Part shown: positions 1-9,784 of the stretch, in pieces
Position numbering within the stretch: position 1 is the stretch's first letter
Layout: the number at the start of each line of letters is the position of its first letter
Virus record (IMG/VR): IMGVR_UViG_3300030004_000009
Coordinates: 112,704-176,703 of that record
Strand: one strand, 5' to 3'
Origin: a virus
Length of the DNA: 64,000 nt
Position numbers and translations under genes: made by a program
The notes under the pieces: generated by a model
Told to the model about the DNA's origin: nothing
The model's input: only the letters and a program-made list of their open reading frames with translations
Databases searched by the model: none

Positions 1-1162
1 CAAAATAAGGACTATATTCATTACGGAGATTTCCTAATATTGAGTTTAAACTCAATTTCATTGACTTATCCTTAACTTTATTACCACTCTTCTTAGCTTC
101 AATACGACCATCTCTTAATTTAGACATTACGTGTAAGAAAGCTTCTTTAAATCCTTTAGGACCAAACTCCCATGCTATACAGACTGCTGGGTACATTGAA
201 CTTACATCAAGATCGAGAATAAGCCATTCACCATTATCAGAACTCTTATAAATATTAGGTTGATTTTGAGAATGTAACCCACCAATACCAAATGTATGTC
301 TTAATTTTCCACATAAAGCAGTAGTACTCCATTCTTTAATATTAGTTTGACCTTTATCATCAAGTATTAAATTATTAAAATCTTTTAAAACATCTTGAAA
401 TGGTTTTGTCTTAAACTTAATATTAGGAAGTATAAAATCCTTAACAGGTATTGTAGTGAAATTATCCATATAACTATAGAGTTGCTTCTCATTATAGATA
501 CCTAACTCTTCACATATATACTTACTAAAGATAGCAACTCCTACTGCTACAGGATCCTTCGACAGACAACGAATTTTAAATTCCTTTTGAATATCCATTC
601 GTAACTTTATGTCACTTATTAGAAGATGATACAATTCAGCAGTACTATCAATATCATTAAAACAATACTTAATAACATCGTCAATACGATCAACTTCAAT
701 TGGTTTAGACCAATCAATCATCATTTCCTTAACATTTCTAAAACACATAGTTACTTGTAGACTCTTTAAACTAGTTCTAAGATTCTTAGAGCTCATCATA
801 GTCATTAAGTCTATATATTTAAAATAGTTAAGAAATGCATATTCATATGCTGCCTGTCCATCATGTCTTACAATCTGAGATGATAGCTTATGTGCAGCAT
901 TAGTTAATAAAGAATAGTCACCTTGTAAGAAGTAAGAAATGTTTTGTATTATCATATTCATAATTGGAGTATCATACATACCACAATTATAACCTATAAA
1001 TGTATACTTATTAGACATAAAGAAATCATACATCTCTTGAAGTTGATTCTTACGCTCACTTATCTCAAATGTTATATTATCTTTTTCACCTATTACTTTA
1101 CAGCAACAGATGAAGCAGTTTGAAAAAACTTCCTCATCAAACTCACAAGGTTTACGTGCCAC
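1..1162 (-). CDS. polB: Family B DNA polymerase, 5' part (runs off the window start)
   Basis: Hand translation from GTG at 1162 gives MARKPCEFDEEVFSNCF... with exonuclease motif FIGYNCGMYD, then PolB motif A LDLDVSSMYP and motif B KLSLNSILG near the window edge; not in the supplied ORF track. Confidence 0.9.
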   Translation of the reverse strand, partial: MARKPCEFDEEVFSNCFICCCKVIGEKDNITFEISERKNQLQEMYDFFMSNKYTFIGYNCGMYDTPIMNMIIQNISYFLQGDYSLLTNAAHKLSSQIVRHDGQAAYEYAFLNYFKYIDLMTMMSSKNLRTSLKSLQVTMCFRNVKEMMIDWSKPIEVDRIDDVIKYCFNDIDSTAELYHLLISDIKLRMDIQKEFKIRCLSKDPVAVGVAIFSKYICEELGIYNEKQLYSYMDNFTTIPVKDFILPNIKFKTKPFQDVLKDFNNLILDDKGQTNIKEWSTTALCGKLRHTFGIGGLHSQNQPNIYKSSDNGEWLILDLDVSSMYPAVCIAWEFGPKGFKEAFLHVMSKLRDGRIEAKKSGNKVKDKSMKLSLNSILGNLRNEYSPYF

Positions 1163-2026
1163 TTATAAAGTTATACCTTTAAATTCAGCTACTTCTTTAA
1201 TCTGTGTTACTCGTTCTTCCCATTGTTGTATGTGAAACATTATATCATCCTCAAGAGCGAATAATATTATATTTCTTAAAGTGCGAAGTTGCTCAGTTGT
1301 AAGTTCATTATAATAACGTGATTTAAGGGTCATCATAGCACGAAGTTGTGTATAACTTAAACCTTTAGCATCGAGTTTAACTCTCATATGATCAACTATA
1401 TTAAGACGTTCACGAATAACCTCAATATAATTACGTTTAATTCTATTACCTCTATCATCAAGATCATATTCTATAAGGTCTTGTTCTTCTTCTTCATTTA
1501 TCTTTAAACCTTGTTTAAGTATAAATGTAAGTGTAATATGAGATTTGTCAAACTTACCTAGACGTTGCATACAACCTTCTTGTACTAACTTTATAGGTAA
1601 ATCTTCAAACTGAGAACTCACTTTAATAAAGTCTTTAAGAGTATATTTTTTAACTTGATCATTTGTAATACCACTAAACATAATAGTTTTCTTAATGTTT
1701 TCTAAGATACTATAACGTGATATATTTTGTGATTCTGATTCACGTAGGTAAAGCTCAACCCCACATCTATCTTTCTGTGACTGTACAATATCAAGTAAAG
1801 GGCGTCTTCCAGGATTTTGCCTATCTTGATTGTACAACATAGAGATACAATGTTGATAGAACCGACGAAGTTGTTCCTCTGTTGCATCTGCTAATGCAAC
1901 TATTTCTTGTGTAAAGTTCCCAGAAGCATCCTTCTCCTTCTTACCTTTCCAAATGTAATTTTTTGTAAAATAGCTACCTTGTTCAATTGCCATTTCTAAT
2001 TTTTCCCCAAAAGCTGTCTCGCTCAT
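1163..2026 (-). CDS. Conserved crAss-like phage hypothetical protein next to polB
   Basis: 287 aa ORF abutting the polB start; QLRRFYQHCISMLYN..NPGR and LTFILKQG segments resemble a Crassvirales core family. Confidence 0.6.
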   Translation of the reverse strand: MSETAFGEKLEMAIEQGSYFTKNYIWKGKKEKDASGNFTQEIVALADATEEQLRRFYQHCISMLYNQDRQNPGRRPLLDIVQSQKDRCGVELYLRESESQNISRYSILENIKKTIMFSGITNDQVKKYTLKDFIKVSSQFEDLPIKLVQEGCMQRLGKFDKSHITLTFILKQGLKINEEEEQDLIEYDLDDRGNRIKRNYIEVIRERLNIVDHMRVKLDAKGLSYTQLRAMMTLKSRYYNELTTEQLRTLRNIILFALEDDIMFHIQQWEERVTQIKEVAEFKGITL

Positions 2027-2027
2027 C

Positions 2028-2360
2028 TTATAGTGTATATAATAAAACCTCTCTCAATTTATCTAGTATATCTTTTACATATTTGCTATCAAATTTCTTC
2101 TTAGCAAATTCAATATCATCTGTCCATGATATAGATTCTATATTGTTTATCTTAGCATATGATTTACAACATAGCTTACTGTGTTCTATCTCAACCAAAT
2201 TATTGATACCTACATTATCTGTTGACGTTATAGGTACAACTAACCAATCATAAGGTACACCTACTTTATTAGTAAAGATGTGTATACATATGTATGGTCT
2301 TTTCTTTGTTGTGTCATTCTTATCCTTTATGAATAAGAGATTACCGACCTCTGCTTTCAA
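2028..2360 (-). CDS. PemK/MazF-like endoribonuclease fold protein
   Basis: G-x-L...KKRPYICI...WLVVPITS pattern typical of the PemK family; no adjacent antitoxin seen. Confidence 0.65.
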   Translation of the reverse strand: MKAEVGNLLFIKDKNDTTKKRPYICIHIFTNKVGVPYDWLVVPITSTDNVGINNLVEIEHSKLCCKSYAKINNIESISWTDDIEFAKKKFDSKYVKDILDKLREVLLYTL

Positions 2361-2483
2361 TGTTCTTCTCTCCTATTACAGGCAATGAACTGGTTAATAC
2401 TGATGTTTACATTACTCAATGTATTTTATGTATTTTGTTTATCATCATTAAATAAATGTTTAGATTGCTGTTATACAGCTTTA

Positions 2484-2825
2484 TTAAGAAACTTTTAATG
2501 TATTACTACTAGTTACAAAACCATTAGTTAATACATGTGTAATAGGGACAAAACTCAGAAAGTAAATAGCTGTATAGCTGTACAGTTTATATGTTTGAGC
2601 TTGATTACACCAATAGGTGTCTTTACCTGCTTCAACATACTTATAAGTTACAAATCCTTCTTGCATGGGTATTATTTCTTGACTATTCCAATTAGGACAC
2701 TTAGTCATAGTTATAAATTGATGCTTTCGATTTGTAAATAATAGATCTTCAAATACGTATTTAACATACGATCCTTCATCTAATCTTCCAACTAATCTTG
2801 CTTTAATACACTGTTCTTGTTCCAT
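2484..2825 (-). CDS. Conserved crAss-like hypothetical protein
   Basis: 113 aa ORF with YVFEDL..TKCPNW..GFVTY..VEAGKD motif. Confidence 0.6.
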   Translation of the reverse strand: MEQEQCIKARLVGRLDEGSYVKYVFEDLLFTNRKHQFITMTKCPNWNSQEIIPMQEGFVTYKYVEAGKDTYWCNQAQTYKLYSYTAIYFLSFVPITHVLTNGFVTSSNTLKVS

Positions 2826-2898
2826 TCAATCCTCACTCCATTATGTTAGATTAAAAGGTGAAGCTTAACGGAGTAAAAACTCCACCTTAATTGTTATC

Positions 2899-3093
2899 TT
2901 AATTTAAAAGCCTTCTGCTTTTGATCCATTTTGTTGCCATGTGAAGAGTATAACAAATTGCTACTATCACAAATATTACTACTAATATAAAGATATAGAG
3001 CATCACTTTAAGTAAGAAGTACACTAATACAGCTAGTACTATAGCTATAATAATCGATAGGAGAATTACTCCTATAGTTTTAATTATTTTCAT
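2899..3093 (-). CDS. Small membrane protein
   Basis: 64 aa, long hydrophobic stretch, overlaps the upstream ORF end. Confidence 0.55.
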   Translation of the reverse strand: MKIIKTIGVILLSIIIAIVLAVLVYFLLKVMLYIFILVVIFVIVAICYTLHMATKWIKSRRLLN

Positions 3094-3436
3094 ATCTTGG
3101 TTTTAATTTTTGTTTTTCTCTTATTTTGATTATAGCTTCAGGTAGAGAGATCCTACTTAATTCTAATTGTTTACAAACTTCTAGATTCTCTCCAAAACAT
3201 GTACACAAAGCTGCTAAAGTAACTATAACTCCACCAACTTCTTGATAAACTTCACCTACTGGTCTATTGTATACATAATCAACCAGCTTTAATACAGTTT
3301 CTCTAGATAGACCAGTTGATTGTACAAGTTCTATAGCTTCTTCAATGAATCTCTGACCTCTCTCATGTTTATCAAATAGAATCTCTTCTCCAAAACACTC
3401 TATAACCCAATTGTTAACTTTAGTTTGAAAGCTCAT
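3080..3436 (-). CDS. MazG-like all-alpha NTP pyrophosphatase family protein
   Basis: RFIEEAIELVQ and QEVGGVIVTLAAL acidic helical motifs; overlaps the end of the Nampt-like gene. Confidence 0.6.
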   Translation of the reverse strand: MSFQTKVNNWVIECFGEEILFDKHERGQRFIEEAIELVQSTGLSRETVLKLVDYVYNRPVGEVYQEVGGVIVTLAALCTCFGENLEVCKQLELSRISLPEAIIKIREKQKLKPRYENN

Positions 3437-5069
3437 TTAAAGTTTTATTAATGTTTTCATTAATCCTAGCACGTATCTCAGCTAAAGTTGGATCAACTAA
3501 CAGATAACCATCTTCAAATACAGGTATTAATTCACCACCTTCTTCCTCTTCTTGTGTTACCTGATCAGTTAGGTAGAATTTACCTGATGGGTCTTTGTCA
3601 ACTCGAAGTAAACCTTTTGCTGATTTCTTAGTTCCATCGTCTGTAATTGGATCTTTAAAGATTTCACGTTGCTCTATTTCATAGATTGGGTGTTCAGCTA
3701 GCATACCTCCTACAAATTGTTCAATAGGAAAACCTATAAGTTCTAACTCTGTCCCATCTTCTCTTACACCAAAGACTTTATCATCATGGTTAGTTAGAGT
3801 TAATGGATAAGCTACTTCACAATAAGTTGATTTAACTGCAATACCCAGGGAGTCTCTCGTCTGATAATTAAAAGTATAACTGCCTATTCCTAGAACAATG
3901 TTTGTAGATGCAAAACCTTTAGCTTCAAGACGTTGACAGATTTCTTCTGCACGTTTTAAAGTAATAGAGTCTCCATAGATAGCACCAATATGTGGATCAA
4001 GAACTTTATAACCTTGTTCATTGATAGTTCCACCAAATACATCCCAAAGAAGTTCAATTACACCTTTTCTAATAGGTGAATTATCGTTTACTGGTGAGTA
4101 CCATGCATTTACACCATGTATACTTGTATTAGTTCCACATATAATATCAACTGGATCACCACTATCAGGACGAAGAACAGCTTTACCATCACGTGCTAAA
4201 ATTTCATCCTTCAAAATAGGTAAGAATTCAGTTAAAACCTTCCATAGATCATAACTATCACTTACCATTGATACTATACCTGTAGGAAATTGTTGTAATA
4301 TCCTTCTAAATGATAGAAGTTCATTCTCTTTTCCATATGAGGTTGCTATAGAATGCTCGCTAGCAGGAACTGATGAGCCAACAAGCTCCTTCTCTATGTT
4401 TGCATTATAGTATTCTTCGAGCATTAATACTGCTGGTATTGTATCAGTTCCAGTAAAAGATAGAAGATGACCTGCCTGATTTTGTGTCGACTCTGTAGAA
4501 CTACGACCTCTTTGACTAAAGTCATGTCCTTGCCACTGTACTCCTTCAACACTACCTGTAGTTTTCAATGCCCACTTACTCAATAAAAGGCGATACTGAT
4601 AACTAACTGTTGCAACTGTAGTTAGATCCCAAATTACTGTTGACATTTGAGTCTCAAGGAAGTTAACTAACCAAGCAAAGTCTGGATGTGTATTTGTAAT
4701 TGTGTAGAATGGTACTTTAATTGGAACTATCGAACCTTCTGGTAATGCTTTAATTAGAAGTGGAAGATAACCTAACTCATGTAGTTTCTCTATATGGTCA
4801 GTTGTTACATCCACAAAACTAAAATGTTTATGGAAGCGTTTATATTCTTTAACTATATCCTCAATAGGACGATCAAAGAATAATTCATTCCATTGTTTAT
4901 GTAAATATTCTTTAAGATAATAGTTTAAACCAAACCATATCGCATAATCTGTTCCTAACCTTGATGAACGAGGTGTCATATTAGAATATAACTTTGTCAT
5001 TCCTTTAGGATAGAATAAATGGTGAAATTGCTTATAGGAATCTGACAGTAATACTGGTAATATTTTCAT
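3420..5069 (-). CDS. nadV: Nicotinamide phosphoribosyltransferase homolog (Nampt/NadV family; probable Namat of NARP1)
   Basis: LSDSYK, HDFSQRG, SVPASEHS, VSDSYD, LRPDSGDP, IYGDSIT, GIGS, KDPITDDGTKKSAKG motifs. Confidence 0.93.
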   Translation of the reverse strand: MKILPVLLSDSYKQFHHLFYPKGMTKLYSNMTPRSSRLGTDYAIWFGLNYYLKEYLHKQWNELFFDRPIEDIVKEYKRFHKHFSFVDVTTDHIEKLHELGYLPLLIKALPEGSIVPIKVPFYTITNTHPDFAWLVNFLETQMSTVIWDLTTVATVSYQYRLLLSKWALKTTGSVEGVQWQGHDFSQRGRSSTESTQNQAGHLLSFTGTDTIPAVLMLEEYYNANIEKELVGSSVPASEHSIATSYGKENELLSFRRILQQFPTGIVSMVSDSYDLWKVLTEFLPILKDEILARDGKAVLRPDSGDPVDIICGTNTSIHGVNAWYSPVNDNSPIRKGVIELLWDVFGGTINEQGYKVLDPHIGAIYGDSITLKRAEEICQRLEAKGFASTNIVLGIGSYTFNYQTRDSLGIAVKSTYCEVAYPLTLTNHDDKVFGVREDGTELELIGFPIEQFVGGMLAEHPIYEIEQREIFKDPITDDGTKKSAKGLLRVDKDPSGKFYLTDQVTQEEEEGGELIPVFEDGYLLVDPTLAEIRARINENINKTLNELSN

Positions 5070-5174
5070 TTACATTTATTTAAAATTTATTGTTTAAATT
5101 CGACTACTATTAACTATCTAAAGACTTTACGGAGATTTTCCTTAGCTAGAGATATGAGATTCCCTTCTATATAA

Positions 5175-5561
5175 TTAAGTTCCACTTTCTTCCTCCTCAT
5201 AGATCTCAACATTATCTCTTACCCATTGCGCTATCTGATGAAAGGTAAAACCTTCATCGTCGTTTAAAAATGATAACATGTTTGATAAATCATTATGGTT
5301 GTTGTGTTCCCACATTAGTTCTTTAGGAACTCTATAACCTTTAGTGTTATTACTATTTAAATAATCACCATATAGATTATGGCTATGAATACCGCAAACT
5401 AAACCAGCTACTCCTATACAACAGTATCCTATACCTACAGGTCCATATAAATTACGTTTTAAAGCTTCTTTTGCTTGTTTGTATTCACCGCTCTCTAAAG
5501 CCTCAAGCCATTTATCAGCAAACCATTTAGGTAATCTATATTGTTTTTCTGTTTCTATCAT
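5175..5561 (-). CDS. Conserved phage hypothetical protein
   Basis: KWLEALESGEYKQ..YCCIGV..LNDD..TFHQIA motif; lies between the Prs-like and Nampt-like genes. Confidence 0.65.
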   Translation of the reverse strand: MIETEKQYRLPKWFADKWLEALESGEYKQAKEALKRNLYGPVGIGYCCIGVAGLVCGIHSHNLYGDYLNSNNTKGYRVPKELMWEHNNHNDLSNMLSFLNDDEGFTFHQIAQWVRDNVEIYEEEESGT

Positions 5562-6457
5562 AATTGTATTACATTAAAGTTTCTTCTATCAGTTTGTTCT
5601 TGATAAGAATTTGTTGTATAAATTTCATTTAAGTAACTACCTTCATCATTCTCTTTAAGTAGTATCTCAACACTCTTACTAAAGATCCCATGAGTTACAA
5701 ATAAAGTAATGTGTTTAACAATACTTGCTCCTTCTATTGGTAACCCTAACCTTGTGTGAATAGTTGGATATTTTAAAGTTCTCAATGTTTTAGCTAATTC
5801 AGTAAATGTACGACCACCATCACATAAATCATCATAAATAATCACATTCTGTTTTAGTAAATCAGGATTAAGTATATCAATACCTGTTATTTCACCTGTT
5901 AAGACATTACGATGTTTATTTGAATAAACAATGTTAATATCTCGCTTAATAATACTTAAGAAATTCTCAATGCGCTTAACTGCTCCGAAGTCTGGAACTA
6001 CAAAGCAAACTTCACTATCTTTATAATCATTTAATTTTAACATTACTTCACTGTCAAGTGGATGTCTTACTTCACAATTACTAAGTAAAGTAGTTGTAAC
6101 ATTAGAATGCGGTTCATACACAATCACCTTATTAAACTTTAAAGAGTCAATGTCATTACATACTGTCTTAAGATCAAAGCTATCGTGTTCAAACATAGAA
6201 CGATCATAACGTGAAGCTAATAAATAGAAAATATGAAGTTGAATATTTATACTTGGATTTACACTTCGTATTATACTTACTAATTGCTTAAGGATGAAAA
6301 TATCATCATAATTCTTAATTCTAGTTTTAATAGTAAGATCCTCACTACTTAAAAGGTAATGAGGTTGATCAAGTTTAATATGCTTATGTCCATCAGGAAA
6401 TTTAAGAATTTCATATTTAAGACTAAGCTTTGAACTATCAGTTAGGTCTATTATCAT
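5558..6457 (-). CDS. prs: Ribose-phosphate pyrophosphokinase homolog (probable Adps of NARP1)
   Basis: KFPDG, SRYDR, EPHS, PDFGAVKR, IYDDLCDGGRTF, VTHGIFS, TTNS motifs. Confidence 0.9.
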   Translation of the reverse strand: MIIDLTDSSKLSLKYEILKFPDGHKHIKLDQPHYLLSSEDLTIKTRIKNYDDIFILKQLVSIIRSVNPSINIQLHIFYLLASRYDRSMFEHDSFDLKTVCNDIDSLKFNKVIVYEPHSNVTTTLLSNCEVRHPLDSEVMLKLNDYKDSEVCFVVPDFGAVKRIENFLSIIKRDINIVYSNKHRNVLTGEITGIDILNPDLLKQNVIIYDDLCDGGRTFTELAKTLRTLKYPTIHTRLGLPIEGASIVKHITLFVTHGIFSKSVEILLKENDEGSYLNEIYTTNSYQEQTDRRNFNVIQL

Positions 6458-6795
6458 ATTTTAAATGTTGTTTGAAAATCCGCTAAGTCTTGGTAGTATC
6501 CTGAGACTTGTAATTGGTTATCAATATAAAATTCAATGTTAGTTCCATATTCAGGATCTACATCATAAACTTTAAATTTGATTACTCTTGTTAATTCACC
6601 TGTTGGAGCACCAGTCATAGGGTTTTGACTATAAACCTTCTCTTCTTTAATAAAGACTCCAGGTTCTTCTTCTTTAAATTTGTGATTAGTAAAGTATTTA
6701 CTATCTGCAAAAGGTGCTATTGGTTTTATCTCTTTTGGTTCTCTTGTTAACTTATCAAAATGATTTAGATAGAGTTGTTTCTCATATGGTGTCAT
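6454..6795 (-). CDS. Hypothetical protein
   Basis: 113 aa, ATGA-coupled to neighbours. Confidence 0.6.
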   Translation of the reverse strand: MTPYEKQLYLNHFDKLTREPKEIKPIAPFADSKYFTNHKFKEEEPGVFIKEEKVYSQNPMTGAPTGELTRVIKFKVYDVDPEYGTNIEFYIDNQLQVSGYYQDLADFQTTFKI

Positions 6796-7064
6796 ATTAG
6801 AATATTCTTTACTTGCTCAATTGTTATATCGTCAAATGCAAACTTGAATATAGGTTTTAGAATTTCTAGATTCTTAGGATTATTCAACATATCATAATCT
6901 ATCTTATACCTACCTTCTATTTCCTCGACTTTATCTTCATATTGCTCATGTGATACATAGCCTTCACAAGAATCATTATATGAAGTTAATAATTCTTCAC
7001 GTCTCATGAGAGCTCTAATGGTCATTATATAGAGTTCTTCTATTTCCTCTGTCATTCTACCCAA
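6792..7064 (-). CDS. Hypothetical protein
   Basis: 90 aa, coupled in the same operon. Confidence 0.55.
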   Translation of the reverse strand: MGRMTEEIEELYIMTIRALMRREELLTSYNDSCEGYVSHEQYEDKVEEIEGRYKIDYDMLNNPKNLEILKPIFKFAFDDITIEQVKNILI

Positions 7065-7249
7065 TCTTTAAATATGAATTGATTAATAAGGGTGAGCACT
7101 AACATAATTGGTGCAAACATTACACAAGGTACTATTACTACATCATCATCAAACTGTGGTCTGTCATATGCAATAGAAAGTTTAAAGTTTATCCAAAAAC
7201 CAATTATAACCCATAGTATAATACTTAATATGATTTCAAGTAGTGTCAT
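7052..7249 (-). CDS. Small two-TM membrane protein
   Basis: 65 aa with two hydrophobic segments. Confidence 0.55.
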   Translation of the reverse strand: MTLLEIILSIILWVIIGFWINFKLSIAYDRPQFDDDVVIVPCVMFAPIMLVLTLINQFIFKDWVE

Positions 7250-7482
7250 TTATTTTTAATTTTATAATGTAACATAAGGACTAACTGTAATACATTAAAT
7301 GTATTACTACCTAAAAGCGGCCAATCTCTTGTTTGTATAGCATAAATAGACCACAATATTTTAGCAGTTAATAAAATTGTTAATGTAGTCCAAGTAAGTG
7401 TACATCTTTTAGTCTTAAAAGTATCATACACTTGTGGGAGAAATGCAATTGTAATTAATATTGCGGCTATATATCCTATCAT
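7246..7482 (-). CDS. SemiSWEET/PQ-loop transporter
   Basis: IGYIAA..IAFLPQ..LWSIYA..DWPLLGSN: PQ motif, three TM helices, conserved W and N. Confidence 0.85.
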   Translation of the reverse strand: MIGYIAAILITIAFLPQVYDTFKTKRCTLTWTTLTILLTAKILWSIYAIQTRDWPLLGSNTFNVLQLVLMLHYKIKNK

Positions 7483-7724
7483 AATCTCTGTTTTTTAATT
7501 TTGTAAAGGGAAAGTATAAACAATTGCATAAAACTAAGCATACTACTTATAAAAAGTGACCAATCACTACAATCCATAGCGTGCATAGTCCATAATAACA
7601 TAGCAGTTAGTAAAATTAATAGTGTAGCCCAACTTAACGCACACTTATGTGTTATAAAAATAGTTATATAAAGTTGAGGTAAATAAGCTATTGTGACTAA
7701 TATTGCTGCAATATAACCTATCAT
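7479..7724 (-). CDS. SemiSWEET/PQ-loop transporter paralog (divergent)
   Basis: IGYIAA..IAYLPQ..LWTMHA..DWSLFISS; tandem duplicate with the conserved Asn replaced by Ser. Confidence 0.75.
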   Translation of the reverse strand: MIGYIAAILVTIAYLPQLYITIFITHKCALSWATLLILLTAMLLWTMHAMDCSDWSLFISSMLSFMQLFILSLYKIKKQRL

Positions 7725-8005
7725 TTAAGTAAAGCTTCAATCTTATCTGCAATAGTTTCATTAATTTTTCTAGCAGCATTCAGTGCTGCTTTCTCTGCAT
7801 TAGCAAGATCAATCTTAGCTTGTGCAATTGCAACATTTGCATCATGTTTTAATGCTGTTGCGTCAATTTTAGCATTCAGAGCTTTTAATTTGTCTGCTGC
7901 TTCTGTGAATGTCTTTAAAATTTCAACTTTTTCTTTACTTAGAGCTTCTGCTGACTTGATGAATAAACTCTTAATAAATTCAATTAACTTTTCCATTTTC
8001 TTCAT
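7721..8005 (-). CDS. Alanine-rich coiled-coil protein
   Basis: 94 aa heptad-like pattern. Confidence 0.6.
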   Translation of the reverse strand: MKKMEKLIEFIKSLFIKSAEALSKEKVEILKTFTEAADKLKALNAKIDATALKHDANVAIAQAKIDLANAEKAALNAARKINETIADKIEALLK

Positions 8006-8244
8006 ATTTATTTTCTAATAACCATATTAATGATGCTGCTATTAGTTTTATGTGTTTAACATACTTTATCTTTTTCTTATTAAAATATCTAGTTATATCT
8101 TTAGTAAATTTTGATGTTGATATATACTTACTGTCTTCTAAAGTATAACTCTTTTGAGTTATCTTATAGATAAGTACTTCATATACGAAAGTATTATATA
8201 AGAGCAACTTAGAGTCGCCCTTATAAAATACCTTTCTCCCTTTA

Positions 8245-8862
8245 TTAGCTTGCTTTACCATATATAGTCTTACCCAGATGGTAGTACTTAGTAACATAAT
8301 TAAGTACATGATCATCTGTTTTATTCAGATTCAGATTAATAATAGTAGCTAATACTTGAAAAATTTCATGCACTGCCACTGCACTAAATGAATAAGTAGT
8401 TTTAAATACATTGAAGTTTTCTCCTTTTCTTTTATTTTTTAAGTGAACTATTAAATCACCTTTAGGACTAATTGTTGGTGTAGAAACCCATTTACCTGGA
8501 TGAGGTTTATTAGTGTGTACTCCACGAATCTTATCATCACCGTAAAGCTGAATACGCTCTTCTTCTGTTTTTTCAAATCGACCGATAGTACGTATAACTA
8601 CAGTTTCTTCTAAACCTGTTTCCTCATTTAGTTGTTTTGCAGTTATCTTTTCAAGTTGATGTTGATACTCAGGTCGAGTCCCTTCAGCAATCTTCTGTTC
8701 TTCTGTTAATCCTTTAATGAAGATACGTTCTTTTTCACCAGTTTTATGATTGGTTATAACACGCATTACATCATTATAAGGTGGTGTGTCTTTATCAGAG
8801 ATACAAGGAAAGTATTTTTCCTTGTATCTGTTAGTTTGTTTATTAGAAACTTTATTTTGCAT
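8245..8862 (-). CDS. Hypothetical protein
   Basis: 205 aa ORF. Confidence 0.6.
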   Translation of the reverse strand: MQNKVSNKQTNRYKEKYFPCISDKDTPPYNDVMRVITNHKTGEKERIFIKGLTEEQKIAEGTRPEYQHQLEKITAKQLNEETGLEETVVIRTIGRFEKTEEERIQLYGDDKIRGVHTNKPHPGKWVSTPTISPKGDLIVHLKNKRKGENFNVFKTTYSFSAVAVHEIFQVLATIINLNLNKTDDHVLNYVTKYYHLGKTIYGKAS

Positions 8863-8876
8863 TTTTTGTACTTTAA

Positions 8877-9320
8877 TTAAGTAATTCGAGGAGTTAATTT
8901 TGAAGCTGATACTTTAATAAACCTATCAGGATTATCGATAATCCTTTTAAGTTGTATATCAAGTATACCTTTGGCAGTATCATCACCAAAGAATCGATTA
9001 GTTGTAAAAAGAGTTACTAATGCTTTAGTAGGTTTCAATGCTCTACCTTTAGCTCTTATTTTACCCTCTTCAAAATGACCTATATCTATAGGATTAAGAA
9101 CACTTAAACCAATACTAAAAGTAGCTTTATACGTATCAACTTCTTCTTCTGTATAGATATGTACTTTCACTCTTTTAAGATTTATAATCTTACTGTCATG
9201 TACAGTATCTACACCACTTTCTTCAATTAAGACACCGACTAACGTAACATTACGTGTTTGGCCATCTCTTAGAGCAGTAGTTACACCTGTAACTACATAC
9301 TCGCGTATTTTAGGATTCAT
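8877..9320 (-). CDS. Conserved crAss-like hypothetical protein
   Basis: IGLSVLNPID..GKIRAKGRA motif. Confidence 0.6.
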   Translation of the reverse strand: MNPKIREYVVTGVTTALRDGQTRNVTLVGVLIEESGVDTVHDSKIINLKRVKVHIYTEEEVDTYKATFSIGLSVLNPIDIGHFEEGKIRAKGRALKPTKALVTLFTTNRFFGDDTAKGILDIQLKRIIDNPDRFIKVSASKLTPRIT

Positions 9321-9784
9321 ATTTGATTTTAATTATTTATTTTAAAAGTTTAATTAATGTCACTAATTAAGCAGCATTAGGTGGATGGTCATCAGGAAGT
9401 TCTACAAGAGAACTTATAGAGTTATTAAAAGCTACATAAAGCTTATTGTTAAATTGTTCTCTATAAATTGATACGACAGTTGACCGTTTAAATAGTAAGC
9501 GATAAATTGCTACTAAAATACATATAAGTAACAATACTTGTATGCAATAATATAATGTATCCATTACTGTTATAATAAATTTATAATTCTAAAACTAGAC
9601 CTTCCAGTTGTAGTTGAAAATGACAAGTAAATGCCATTTACTTTTCTTTCAACTTTGGGTTGAAAGACTAGGTATAATGCAATAAGTACTATACCTATGA
9701 TAATCCAAAATGACCACATAGTTTTCTTTGTTTTAATTAAGAGTGGCTTTCACCACCCTTAATGTTAATAATTAATACATGCGT

